Shown here piece after piece: positions 48,235-57,547 of a DNA stretch of 64,000 nucleotides (within the stretch, counting starts at the first letter, position 1; every line of letters begins with the position of its first letter). Both the position numbers and the translations under genes were made by a program. The stretch is from Bacillota bacterium. GTDB taxonomy: Bacteria > Bacillota > Clostridia > Lachnospirales > Lachnospiraceae. The notes under the pieces are model-generated. The model made no database searches. It had not been told where the DNA came from and was given only the letters and a program-made list of their open reading frames with translations. The stretch is taken from assembly GCA_023414355.1 (NCBI GenBank), contig JAEZOB010000038.1, forward strand, positions 5,022-69,021, given 5' to 3'.

Positions 48235-49026
48235 TTATTTTGATAAGCCTTTCTGACGTGCATATTCTGCTGCACCGAGTGCTCCCATAAGCTGTGGATC
48301 AATCGAAAGCTCTACTACTTTGATACGAAGTATTTGCTCAATAGCTTTTTTCAAACCATCGTTTTTTGCACATCCGCCTGTCAGTGTGATACGATCTGTA
48401 GCTCCTGCTTTTTTTGCCATTGCGAAGCAACGTTTTGCGACAGACATCTGAATCCCTGCTGCGATTTCGTTCATTGGCTTTCCCTCTCCGACGAGGGTAA
48501 TCACTTCCGATTCGGCAAATACGGTGCACTGTGCCGTAATTGGTATCACATTTTTTGCTGTAAGTGATAGCTTAGAGAACTCCGGCAGCGTCATTTCAAA
48601 GCTACGCGCCATTGCTTCATAAAAACGACCGGTTCCGGCTGCACATTTATCATTCATCGCAAAATTTTTAACCGTTCCATCATGGTCGATGGCAATCCCC
48701 TTAATATCCTGACCGCCAATATCAATGATTGCTTTTACTTCCGGGTCTGTAACATGCACCCCCATTGCATGACATGAGATTTCTGAGATGTTTTCATCTG
48801 CAAACGGTACTTTATTTCTGCCATAACCGGTACCAATCAAATAGCAAAGCTCTGTAGAAGCTTTTAATCCAACCTTTGATAAAACTTCATCCATTGCAAG
48901 TCTTGCAGACTGTTCGGAATTGATTTTACTTCGTATTGTCGTGTCGGCTACTATCTTACCGTTTTCGTTTAATATTACTGCCTTTGTGTAGGTAGAACCC
49001 ACATCACAGCCACCAAAATACTTCAT
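48235..49026 (-). CDS. ATP-dependent activase (ASKHA ATPase; HgdC/HadI/BzdQ family)
   Basis: GCDVGST.TKA, GTGYGR, EISCH, DIGGQD, MNDKCAAGTG, CTVFAESE, TGG.AKN and GALGAA motifs. Confidence 0.92.
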   Translation of the reverse strand: MKYFGGCDVGSTYTKAVILNENGKIVADTTIRSKINSEQSARLAMDEVLSKVGLKASTELCYLIGTGYGRNKVPFADENISEISCHAMGVHVTDPEVKAIIDIGGQDIKGIAIDHDGTVKNFAMNDKCAAGTGRFYEAMARSFEMTLPEFSKLSLTAKNVIPITAQCTVFAESEVITLVGEGKPMNEIAAGIQMSVAKRCFAMAKKAGATDRITLTGGCAKNDGLKKAIEQILRIKVVELSIDPQLMGALGAAEYARQKGLSK

Positions 49027-49040
49027 TTATCTTCTCCTTT

Positions 49041-50579
49041 TTACCATGCATTGCTGTCATCAAATTCTTCCAAGGATGCATCGATTGGCTCTTCGTTTAA
49101 TATGGTTCGCATGTAGCGGTTCACTTCGGATCGCATATTCTGCCTGGATGCTTTGCGAGGATCCATCAAACCATGAGTCACCCAGATCAAATGCAACCCA
49201 CGTTTTTGGGCTTCCTGTTCAAACAATCCATGATACCCTGTCATTGATTTACATCCGATATGTTCATACATAATAACAACATCCGCATTAAACTCACTGC
49301 AAAAATGCCATAAATCTTCTACTCCGACCTGGTAACCGCCCTCAGAACGGTTACGCATATTCATTTTTGCATAAAGATCTGCCAGGTCATAGTAGGCCTG
49401 TTCCCGATCTGTGGTGCTGTACTGCTCCGTAGAAGTAAGACTTAACATGTCAATCAGAGGTACAATGCCCCAGCAGTTCTGAAGCCAGAGCGGAAATGCT
49501 GAATAATACTGAGCTTGAACCCCCCAAAGAATTGCCCTGTGGCGAACCTGAGATACAACCGGATTCTTTTCCTGATAAGCCTTCATCATAATCTCACAAA
49601 TCTCTTTTTCATTTTGCATAAAGGCCTCATCACGGCCGCCGGCAACCTGATAGTAAGCATCCCGATAAAGGGCAACGTTATTACCGATGACCTGTGGATA
49701 ATTTGTTCGGCTAATCTCCAGCCAATCACAGAAATATTCCGTTTCTTTGTTGAAGGTTTTCATTACCTTAAAGTAATGATCCCAGTCAAAGCTTTCTCCG
49801 GTCTGTTCCTCAATAAACTTGATCGCATTTTTAATTTCATTCGCCGCATAGTCCTTCGTTGCAGCGTCCGTATATCGGATCGGAACCGCTACCTGGAACG
49901 TCGGTAAATGATATCTTCTCTCCTCGATTCCGTTCCCCATCAGGGAACCGTCGCAGGTCGTATTACATTGCAATGCACAGACACCACAAATGGGATAGTC
50001 ATCCTCAAGTGCAACACCCAGCTCAGCCGCCGGCATAGGACAAACATCGCCGGGTATCCCAAACTCAAAGGCTTTATCTAAGTAGTGTAAAACTCCCTCC
50101 TGCTGCATGGTAGAGGCGGTATAGATCGGAGGTATCTGCATACAAACCGCCCTTAGATTAGGAAATCCGTTCATGACCTGGCTCATCATATTCTCATCAA
50201 GAATTACGAGTTTTTTACTTTTTTTCGGATCTCCACCGATGCGCTGATCAGCTTCAAAAATATGTTGAAAGGTCTGGCACATATGTGCCACGATAAAATC
50301 AAACTCCTTATGTGCCACTCTTAACTGAGGGCCCCTCAGACCTTCGGTATGCCGGTCGATAAAATCAGGCACTGCAAGATAGTTCTGCATATAGCGATAA
50401 CGGAAAAAGCCCTTAAAGCACTGGGGGTTCATCAAAAGCTTTATCATCTGACCCCAGTTTGCTAGCCAACGAGTATAGTCATACCAGGTATCGTTCCATC
50501 CACGCCATTCACGACGTGTTCTGGTTTTGCCGCCCTTATAAAACTTACCAAGTGCTTCACTGTTAATTTGCTTTCCCAT
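49041..50579 (-). CDS. 2-hydroxyacyl-CoA dehydratase / benzoyl-CoA reductase family subunit (HGD-D, alpha-like)
   Basis: DVC, TTCDG, FIEEQTG..FD and HIGCK motifs; ATG at 50579 follows GGAGGTG. Confidence 0.8.
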   Translation of the reverse strand: MGKQINSEALGKFYKGGKTRTRREWRGWNDTWYDYTRWLANWGQMIKLLMNPQCFKGFFRYRYMQNYLAVPDFIDRHTEGLRGPQLRVAHKEFDFIVAHMCQTFQHIFEADQRIGGDPKKSKKLVILDENMMSQVMNGFPNLRAVCMQIPPIYTASTMQQEGVLHYLDKAFEFGIPGDVCPMPAAELGVALEDDYPICGVCALQCNTTCDGSLMGNGIEERRYHLPTFQVAVPIRYTDAATKDYAANEIKNAIKFIEEQTGESFDWDHYFKVMKTFNKETEYFCDWLEISRTNYPQVIGNNVALYRDAYYQVAGGRDEAFMQNEKEICEIMMKAYQEKNPVVSQVRHRAILWGVQAQYYSAFPLWLQNCWGIVPLIDMLSLTSTEQYSTTDREQAYYDLADLYAKMNMRNRSEGGYQVGVEDLWHFCSEFNADVVIMYEHIGCKSMTGYHGLFEQEAQKRGLHLIWVTHGLMDPRKASRQNMRSEVNRYMRTILNEEPIDASLEEFDDSNAW

Positions 50580-51768
50580 GTAAATCACCTCCCTGCAGTT
50601 TCTTGATTTCAATACGCTCGATAAAAGCCTGTATTCTGGTTCGAAGCTGTCCCGAATTACCCACCACATAGGGACGGTCCACGCTGAGTACCGGCCAGTG
50701 ATAATCCTGGGTCAAAATATGATTTGCGCCGGCTCGCTCATAACCCCAGAAATTGCAGAAGTTCATCTGTTGAAAAATGATACCGTCCGCATGATATTCC
50801 TGTGCCAAGGTATTCAAATATTCTTTTCTTCCATTGATCTTCGAAGTATTCATATAACGTGGACATTGGCATTCCAATACGTTCCTGCGACAAATTTGCG
50901 TCAGTACATCTTCGGTATCATTTAGAATGATTTCCTGACGGCCCGGAAGTGAGCCAAAGCAGAAACGATCTGCTGCCACATATGCACCGGAGTCCTCGAT
51001 CAGCTTGATGAACATTGGATCATCAACTTCCGAGCCTGCTACTACAACACGTATTCGATAAGGATTTTCTTTGTCCGCGGCGCGGCTCTTCAAATCTTCT
51101 GCGGTTTCTCTTAAGTATGGTAATATGAGGTCCTTGGGGCAACAATAGGTTGCCAGTGTAATCACTGCAAATTCATAGCCTGTAATGGTTGGATTCTCAA
51201 GCTTTCTATACTGTCCCAGCTCCGTAATCAGATGGCAAACCTCGTTATGTAATTCAACCGCTTTACGCAAAGCAGCATCGGAGGTGTCGACTCCAAAAGC
51301 CTCCTGCAGCTTGTCGAGCACACGGACACGACTCATATGAATCATATGATTGACACCATTTTCATCATCCTTCATGGGTGTATCAACATGTTGAATAAAG
51401 AACCGATCTCCGCTCCCGATACCTAGTTCCTCCATGTTTTCCATACAGTCTGCAAGCTGTGAGCAGGACGCGGGATCAAATATACAGTCGACAAACTGAT
51501 ACCCTCCCTCCAATGCTCGTTCCAGCATGGCACGACAATATTCACAGGTCAAACTAGTCATATAATAGGTACCCATTTCCATCGATGTGGTACTCGGAGC
51601 ACGTAATCTGGTACTAAAAGCCCCCGGCAGATTCAACAATACCTCCGGAATCTGATAACATACATTTCCGATTGCTATCCGGCCTTCTTCCTTTGCTTTT
51701 CGAACCAGATCATTATTCGCTTCAGTCAGCAGATTTTCATAATAGAGCAGATTCTTCAAATCTCTCAT
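50563..51768 (-). CDS. 2-hydroxyacyl-CoA dehydratase / benzoyl-CoA reductase family subunit (HGD-D, beta-like)
   Basis: CYQIPEVL, TCEYCR, SC, DRFCFG, CPR, FC..W..E and GQLRTRIQAF.E motifs. Confidence 0.85.
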   Translation of the reverse strand: MRDLKNLLYYENLLTEANNDLVRKAKEEGRIAIGNVCYQIPEVLLNLPGAFSTRLRAPSTTSMEMGTYYMTSLTCEYCRAMLERALEGGYQFVDCIFDPASCSQLADCMENMEELGIGSGDRFFIQHVDTPMKDDENGVNHMIHMSRVRVLDKLQEAFGVDTSDAALRKAVELHNEVCHLITELGQYRKLENPTITGYEFAVITLATYCCPKDLILPYLRETAEDLKSRAADKENPYRIRVVVAGSEVDDPMFIKLIEDSGAYVAADRFCFGSLPGRQEIILNDTEDVLTQICRRNVLECQCPRYMNTSKINGRKEYLNTLAQEYHADGIIFQQMNFCNFWGYERAGANHILTQDYHWPVLSVDRPYVVGNSGQLRTRIQAFIERIEIKKLQGGDLHGKAN

Positions 51769-51778
51769 ACTGCAATAC

Positions 51779-52555
51779 CTATCCTTTCAATAGATTAAGC
51801 TTGATCAGCGCTTCACGAGCACCCTTCACAATCAGGGCATCCTCCGGTAGCAACATAATATTTTCCCCTTTGATGTCAGAGGTAGCCAAGGCTTCATCGG
51901 ACGGGATGTAGGCAAGCACCGGTATATCCCCCGTATCGATATGCTGTGTAATATCCCATCCCGGAATGCGATTGATCACAGCGCCAACCGCATCATACAT
52001 CACCAGTTCTTTCGCAACTCGATTGATGGTTTCGATTACTTGAAGCCCTTTTTTGCTCGGATCTGAGACCAGCAATAAATGAGTGACCTTTTCCATCACC
52101 CGACGATTCACCTGTTCAATCCCGGCTTCTCCATCAATTACGATATAGTCGAAGTTCTCACTTAATATTTTAATCACTTCTTTTAAATAACTGTTTACCT
52201 TACAATAACAACCTGCCGCCTCCGGTCTGCCTATTGCTAAAAACGAAAAACCAGGTTGCTCCACTAAGGTATCAAAAATCATATAGCGCGCATTCCCCAA
52301 CATTTCTACTGCTTCATTTGCATTACCGGTTTCCACCTGATTAATAAATTCTTTTCGAATATCGTCAACGGTTGTACCGACTTCCACTCCCAGTGCAGTT
52401 GCCAGGCCAACTGCCGGATCCGCATCAATCGCTAGAATACGTTTTTCCGGGAAAGCCTCTGTCAGAAGCTTTACGATCACTGCCGACAGTGACGTCTTAC
52501 CAACGCCTCCCTTTCCAGTAACCGCAATCATTTTTACACTTTGCTCCATCCTCAT
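51779..52555 (-). CDS. cooC: CooC/AcsF-type nickel-insertion ATPase (MinD/SIMIBI class)
   Basis: GKGGVGKT, IDADP, GRPE..GCYC (CxC Ni motif) and D.EAGIE motifs. Confidence 0.85.
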   Translation of the reverse strand: MRMEQSVKMIAVTGKGGVGKTSLSAVIVKLLTEAFPEKRILAIDADPAVGLATALGVEVGTTVDDIRKEFINQVETGNANEAVEMLGNARYMIFDTLVEQPGFSFLAIGRPEAAGCYCKVNSYLKEVIKILSENFDYIVIDGEAGIEQVNRRVMEKVTHLLLVSDPSKKGLQVIETINRVAKELVMYDAVGAVINRIPGWDITQHIDTGDIPVLAYIPSDEALATSDIKGENIMLLPEDALIVKGAREALIKLNLLKG

Positions 52556-52589
52556 TCTCCTACCCTTTCACTTATGATACTAATTCGCA

Positions 52590-52931
52590 CTAGAAAGCCT
52601 CTATTTCTTTGATTGTTAAATCTTTCCCCTCGATCGGTGTAAGATTTTTTCCATCACATACCGGACAGCACAATTCTTCAATATTAATTCTGAAATCGAT
52701 CTTGCAATCGTTACAGCGTGCAATACCGGGGACCATTTCAATCACAAGCTCTGTATTTTGGTACTGCGTATCTGCTACCACCGCATCATAGCAATCCGTA
52801 ATAAAATGCGGTACCGTACCCGATAGTTCGCCGATTTCTAATACGATTTTTCGTACCTGCGTTAAATTCTCTTCTTTCACAATCCGATCAACCATTCTGA
52901 TTACTGCGTCCATCAATCCAAGTTCATGCAT
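52590..52931 (-). CDS. hypA: Nickel metallochaperone HypA
   Basis: N-terminal MHE, IGELSG, CNDC...CPVC and G.DL.I..IE motifs. Confidence 0.9.
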   Translation of the reverse strand: MHELGLMDAVIRMVDRIVKEENLTQVRKIVLEIGELSGTVPHFITDCYDAVVADTQYQNTELVIEMVPGIARCNDCKIDFRINIEELCCPVCDGKNLTPIEGKDLTIKEIEAF

Positions 52932-53078
52932 ATTATCCGTACCTTCCGTGGCACCTGCAAAAGCTAAAATCTACTATTCCATATGGCAGGTACCATATTT
53001 CATATCATCGCACATGCTGCAAAACCTGCGAATTTGGCAGCAGCACAATATTTGCAGAGTGAATTGCAGTCAATTCTC

Positions 53079-55769
53079 TTAACTTTTTACAAATGGTTTC
53101 GCCAGGATTTTTCCTGTCTTCTTTATCACATGGGTTGCCACCTTGATCGGCATTGTTTCAAAGGTATCCGCATGCCAATCACGTACCTTCTCCAGACGTA
53201 TCGCATCAAACTGGCACCTGGTGGTACAAAGGCCACAGCCAACACACATATACTCATCTATCTTTGTCGCACCACAGGAAAGACAACGCGCTGTCTCTTT
53301 CTTCACTTGTTCCTCCGTAAAGGTGACGCGAGTGTCCCCAAATGTCCTTTCCTTTGCCTTATTGTATCCGGCATGCTGACGTTTTGAATGATCATAACTG
53401 TTTTCATCAAATAAAACATTTGATTTATCAAGTGCTACATAATTTCTACGATCGCGACCAAGTGTCAAGGTCTGTCCCGGCTGTACAAAACGGTGAAGAG
53501 AGATCGCAGCTTCCTTCCCTGCTGCAATTGCATCGATTGCAAATCTGGGACCGGTGAGTGCATCACCACCCGCGAAAATATCAGGCTCCGCTGTTTGATA
53601 AGTCAATGCATCCGCCTTCACAGTACCGTTGCGATTAAACTCTACTTTTGTTCCGGAAAGTAATTCACCCCATTCGATACTCTGCCCAACCGATACCAGC
53701 ACATGCTCACATTCCACTGTAATCAGATCCGTTTCATCATATTTTGGTGCAAAACGGTGCTCTTCGTCAAAGACAGAGAGACATTTCTTGAAAACAATAC
53801 CCTTAACCTTATTCTCTTCTACAAGTATTTCTTTGGGGCCCCAGGAAGTATGTACTGTTATGCCCTCATGCTCTGCTTCGGCCACTTCATCTGAATCGGC
53901 CGGCATATGCTCACGATCTTCCAGACAGAACATTGAGGTTGCCATCGCGCCCACACGACTGGCGGTACGAGCAACATCTACAGCTACATTTCCGCCACCG
54001 ATCACAACCGTACGACCGGTCAGCTTCTTATCCTTCCCCAAGGTTACATCACATATAAATGAGATCCCCGACTCTACACCCTCGGCATTTTCCCCTGCAA
54101 TTCCAAGACTACGTCCACCCTGCGCACCGATTGCAAGATAGAAGCCTTGATAGCCTTGCTCACGAAGGTCTGCAATTGTAATGTCTTTCCCTACCTCGAC
54201 ACCGCACTTGAACTCCACACCCATTTCTGTCAGAATGTCAATTTCAGCCCGAACCACAGCTTTTTCCAGTCGGAACGACGGAATACCATTCATCAGCATG
54301 CCACCCGGACGATGCTCTTTTTCAAATACCGTTGGTTTATAACCTTTCTCAGCCAGGAAGAAGGCACAGCTCATGCCTGCAGGACCGGCACCGATAATTG
54401 CGATTTTCTGTTCATAAGGTCTGCCTATTTGATTGATCATGGGTGGAATATATCTTGTTTCCTTATGCAAATCATGGTCCGCAATAAAACGTTTTACTTC
54501 ATCGATCGCAACTGCTTCATCAATTAGTCCACGGGTACATTCGGTTTCGCAGCGATGATTACAGATGCGTCCGCAAACAGCCGGAAATGGATTTTCTTTC
54601 TTGATCAAGGTTAATGCCCCTTGATAATCTCCCTGCGATGCCAAGCGAAGATACCCCTGTACTGCGATGTGGGCAGGACAGGCGGTTTTACAGGGAGCCG
54701 TTCCGGTCGACATAACATCCTGCTGGTTTTCGCGGTAATCCACATTCCAGTCCGTTTTGTGCCAGATCGAATTGCTCATTTTGCGATATTTCTCCGGCAC
54801 GGGCAAGGGTTCTTTTGTAGGAATTTTTTGACCCATTTTTAATGCATTGCCGGGACAGGTTTCTACACATTGACCACAGGCAACACACTTTGTTTCATCC
54901 ATTTTAGCTACAAAGTTGGAACGGATCACATCTCTCGCACCATATAGCAAACCAACACGCAACCCAAAACAGGAACAAGCACAACAATTACAGATCGCGG
55001 CACTTTCCCCTGCTTCTTCGATGTTTGGCATATTATGCATCAAGCCGTTGTCCTCAGCTCGTTTGATAATCTCTAATGCTTCCTCGCGGCTGATTTCTCT
55101 GGCACGTCCGGTTCGAATGTAATATTCCGCGCCCTTTCCCATCTGCACGCACATATCCTCTTCTAAATGCCCACACCCCTCTCCGATTACCCGACGGGAA
55201 GAACGGCAGGAGCAGGGAGACACGGAAAATCTGTCATATTTTTCTAAGTAATAGCTCAGCTTCTCATAATCACTAATCCCGGAAATGTCTTTGATGGAAC
55301 TCTCAACCGGAACAACACGCATTAAACCATAACCATCCGGCATCATCGGCGACATATTTGCCATACGAATACGGGTATATTCTTCAAATGCTCTGCCAAC
55401 CTCCGGATGTTCATTCAAAATTTGCTTGTTGTTAACCATCATTTCCATAATACCGGGAGCAAATATTTGCATATAGTAACGATCTTTTTTATCAATCGGA
55501 TCCGTATTTACACGGAAAACCCCTTTCCACCCCAAGGTTTCAGCAATTTCCCTTACTTCGCCAAGAGGTCTGCCTACCTTCTCGGCAAGATATTCAGCAG
55601 TACGCTCTTTTCGTAATCCTGCCGCAATCGCTACATCTGCCTCCTCATCGGTTAGTATCGCCGCCAGGCTGTAATATTCCGGTGCATTTTCATCAATTCT
55701 ATTAACAATACCCGAAACACCACCAACTACCTTCGCCAACTTTACAATTTTAGGTCTCAACTCCGCCAT
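53079..55769 (-). CDS. Large Fe-S flavoprotein: Cys-rich N-terminal domain, ferredoxin, GltD-like FAD/NAD(P) oxidoreductase and a second ferredoxin
   Basis: PCSCR, CGH....C, GLMH and ICNCCACSC; CVACGQCVETCP; PCKTACP/CGRICNHRCETEC; GAGPAG, GGGNVA and AGGD; RCLSC and CVGCGLCTTRC. Confidence 0.85.
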   Translation of the reverse strand: MAELRPKIVKLAKVVGGVSGIVNRIDENAPEYYSLAAILTDEEADVAIAAGLRKERTAEYLAEKVGRPLGEVREIAETLGWKGVFRVNTDPIDKKDRYYMQIFAPGIMEMMVNNKQILNEHPEVGRAFEEYTRIRMANMSPMMPDGYGLMRVVPVESSIKDISGISDYEKLSYYLEKYDRFSVSPCSCRSSRRVIGEGCGHLEEDMCVQMGKGAEYYIRTGRAREISREEALEIIKRAEDNGLMHNMPNIEEAGESAAICNCCACSCFGLRVGLLYGARDVIRSNFVAKMDETKCVACGQCVETCPGNALKMGQKIPTKEPLPVPEKYRKMSNSIWHKTDWNVDYRENQQDVMSTGTAPCKTACPAHIAVQGYLRLASQGDYQGALTLIKKENPFPAVCGRICNHRCETECTRGLIDEAVAIDEVKRFIADHDLHKETRYIPPMINQIGRPYEQKIAIIGAGPAGMSCAFFLAEKGYKPTVFEKEHRPGGMLMNGIPSFRLEKAVVRAEIDILTEMGVEFKCGVEVGKDITIADLREQGYQGFYLAIGAQGGRSLGIAGENAEGVESGISFICDVTLGKDKKLTGRTVVIGGGNVAVDVARTASRVGAMATSMFCLEDREHMPADSDEVAEAEHEGITVHTSWGPKEILVEENKVKGIVFKKCLSVFDEEHRFAPKYDETDLITVECEHVLVSVGQSIEWGELLSGTKVEFNRNGTVKADALTYQTAEPDIFAGGDALTGPRFAIDAIAAGKEAAISLHRFVQPGQTLTLGRDRRNYVALDKSNVLFDENSYDHSKRQHAGYNKAKERTFGDTRVTFTEEQVKKETARCLSCGATKIDEYMCVGCGLCTTRCQFDAIRLEKVRDWHADTFETMPIKVATHVIKKTGKILAKPFVKS

Positions 55770-55812
55770 TTGGTACTCTCCTTCTCTTTCATTTATTTTT
55801 ATGTTCTATAAA

Positions 55813-56484
55813 CTAATCCGTTTTCCATGCGTTCACTTCAGCTTTTAGCCAATTGGAAAATAACTCAATCCCTTCACCCGTCTTTGCACAAATCGGAAAA
55901 ATCTTAATGTCCGGATTGCGCATTCTTGCGTACTCTTCAACCTTCTGCATATTAAAATCAAAATATGGTAATACGTCAATTTTATTGATAATAAGAACGT
56001 CACATTTTGAAAAAATCAGAGGGTACTTCAGTGGTTTATCGTGTCCCTCCGGTACTGAAAGAATCATCGCATTTCTGACAGCACCGGTATCAAACTCAGC
56101 AGGACATACCAGATTACCTACATTCTCTAAAATAATCAAATCAAACAGATCACTTTCAAAGGTGGTTAACCCCTGCCTTGTCATATCAGCATCCAGATGA
56201 CACATTCCCCCGGTATGTAGCTGAATCGTTCTTGTACCGGTTTGGGCAATCGCTGCGGCATCTACATCCGAATCAATATCTGCCTCCATAATGCCAATGC
56301 ACATTTCATTTTGAAGCTTTGCTATGGTTGCTTTCAGCGTGGTTGTCTTTCCGGAACCAGGAGATGACATCAAATTCAAAAGAAATGTTCCTTGCTTTTT
56401 TAGCTGCATACGCAATCGGTCTGCGTCTGCATCATTGTCAGCAAAAATGCTTTGTTTCAATTGTATAACTTTATATTTTTCCAT
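55813..56484 (-). CDS. hypB: Nickel-insertion GTPase HypB
   Basis: SSPGSGKT, GMCHLDA, ENVGNLVCPA, EG.DKP.KYP and NKID motifs. Confidence 0.92.
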   Translation of the reverse strand: MEKYKVIQLKQSIFADNDADADRLRMQLKKQGTFLLNLMSSPGSGKTTTLKATIAKLQNEMCIGIMEADIDSDVDAAAIAQTGTRTIQLHTGGMCHLDADMTRQGLTTFESDLFDLIILENVGNLVCPAEFDTGAVRNAMILSVPEGHDKPLKYPLIFSKCDVLIINKIDVLPYFDFNMQKVEEYARMRNPDIKIFPICAKTGEGIELFSNWLKAEVNAWKTD

Positions 56485-56617
56485 GCTACCACCCCTTAGA
56501 TTGACATTCGTTTAACAATATAATATAATCATATTAGCACTATAAATCGACTTAAACAACATAATTTTTGTTACTTTTCACAAAACTTCTATTTTTTTTA
56601 TATTTAAAAAACTGATC

Positions 56618-56627
56618 TGGTTAACCA
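56618..56627. promoter_or_regulatory. Candidate GntR/FadR operator
   Basis: Perfect palindrome TGGTTAACCA in the divergent hypB/gntR intergenic region. Confidence 0.45.
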
Positions 56628-56648
56628 ACAACCAAAGGAGAGAAATGC

Positions 56649-57356
56649 ATGGAATACAGAAAATTACAAGCCCCTACTCTTAAGGATCTTTTCATCGAAG
56701 AAATCGAGTCTAAGATCTTATCCGGTGAGCTCGAAATAGGGGAACAACTATTAACCGAACGAGAGCTGGCAGATGTTATGGGAATCAATCGAAATATTGT
56801 TCATAGCGGTATTTCTGCAATGGTAGCAAAAGGATTTTTGGAAATTCGACCACGAGTAGGTACTTTTGTGGCCGATTATAACCAAAAAGGCTCGGTGGAT
56901 ATTCTGGTTTCAATGATGAATTATAATCGAGGGATGCTTCGCAGGACTGAAATACGTTCTTCGATTGAGCTTAAGATCTTATTTGACACCTTTGCAATCC
57001 GACAAATGGCACCGACCTTAACTAAGGAAAAGTTGGATAAGCTACAGGCTTATCTCTTCGCACTGGAAGGTACATCGAAAGCTACCGATGCTGCAGAAAT
57101 AGCTTATGAATTCTTTCGCTATATGAGTATATTGAGCGGAAATACCATTTTACCTTTGATCTATAATTCCTTTCGCACCTCGAACCATAACTTAGTGGAA
57201 CGTCACATCAGACAATATGGCATCCGACTAACCATCGATTTTATGACAGAGTTGTTTCATTTTATTGCTAACGGAAAAACAGAAGAAGCGATTCGACATT
57301 TAACGAATTATTATGAGCGCTCAATCAAAGGAGACTTAGAAATATATAATGATTAA
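56649..57356 (+). CDS. GntR/FadR family transcriptional regulator
   Basis: I.SGEL..GE.L..ERELA..MG..R, G......R.GTFV and C-terminal SGN motifs; divergent from hypB. Confidence 0.88.
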   Translation: MEYRKLQAPTLKDLFIEEIESKILSGELEIGEQLLTERELADVMGINRNIVHSGISAMVAKGFLEIRPRVGTFVADYNQKGSVDILVSMMNYNRGMLRRTEIRSSIELKILFDTFAIRQMAPTLTKEKLDKLQAYLFALEGTSKATDAAEIAYEFFRYMSILSGNTILPLIYNSFRTSNHNLVERHIRQYGIRLTIDFMTELFHFIANGKTEEAIRHLTNYYERSIKGDLEIYND

Positions 57357-57547
57357 TTAGAGTATTCCTATCGTTTTGTAATAATCAATACAGTAACGTT
57401 AAGAGATCCATACTCTGATGCAGTGTAACTAATTTAACCAATTTTCATAACGTAAAAAAAGCACTTCCATCTAGTTGTCAACTAAACGTAAGTGCCTTAC
57501 TGTTAATTCAAAGAAACCGGATCATTATAATATCAGAAAAAACAAGA

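Noticed and set aside
52932..53078. Cys-rich mini-ORFs or selenocysteine read-through between the flavoprotein and hypA
   Set aside because: The flavoprotein ends in TAA, and the short Cys-containing frames lack an SD and a convincing start.
47329..56484. [NiFe]-hydrogenase, CODH/ACS or Wood-Ljungdahl cluster
   Set aside because: There is no hydrogenase large subunit (RxCGxC / DPCxxC), no CooS, no A-cluster domain, and no corrinoid protein or methyltransferase.
56500..56518. Rex box upstream of hypB
   Set aside because: Only the right half (TTAACAA) matches the TTGTTAA-N4-TTAACAA consensus.
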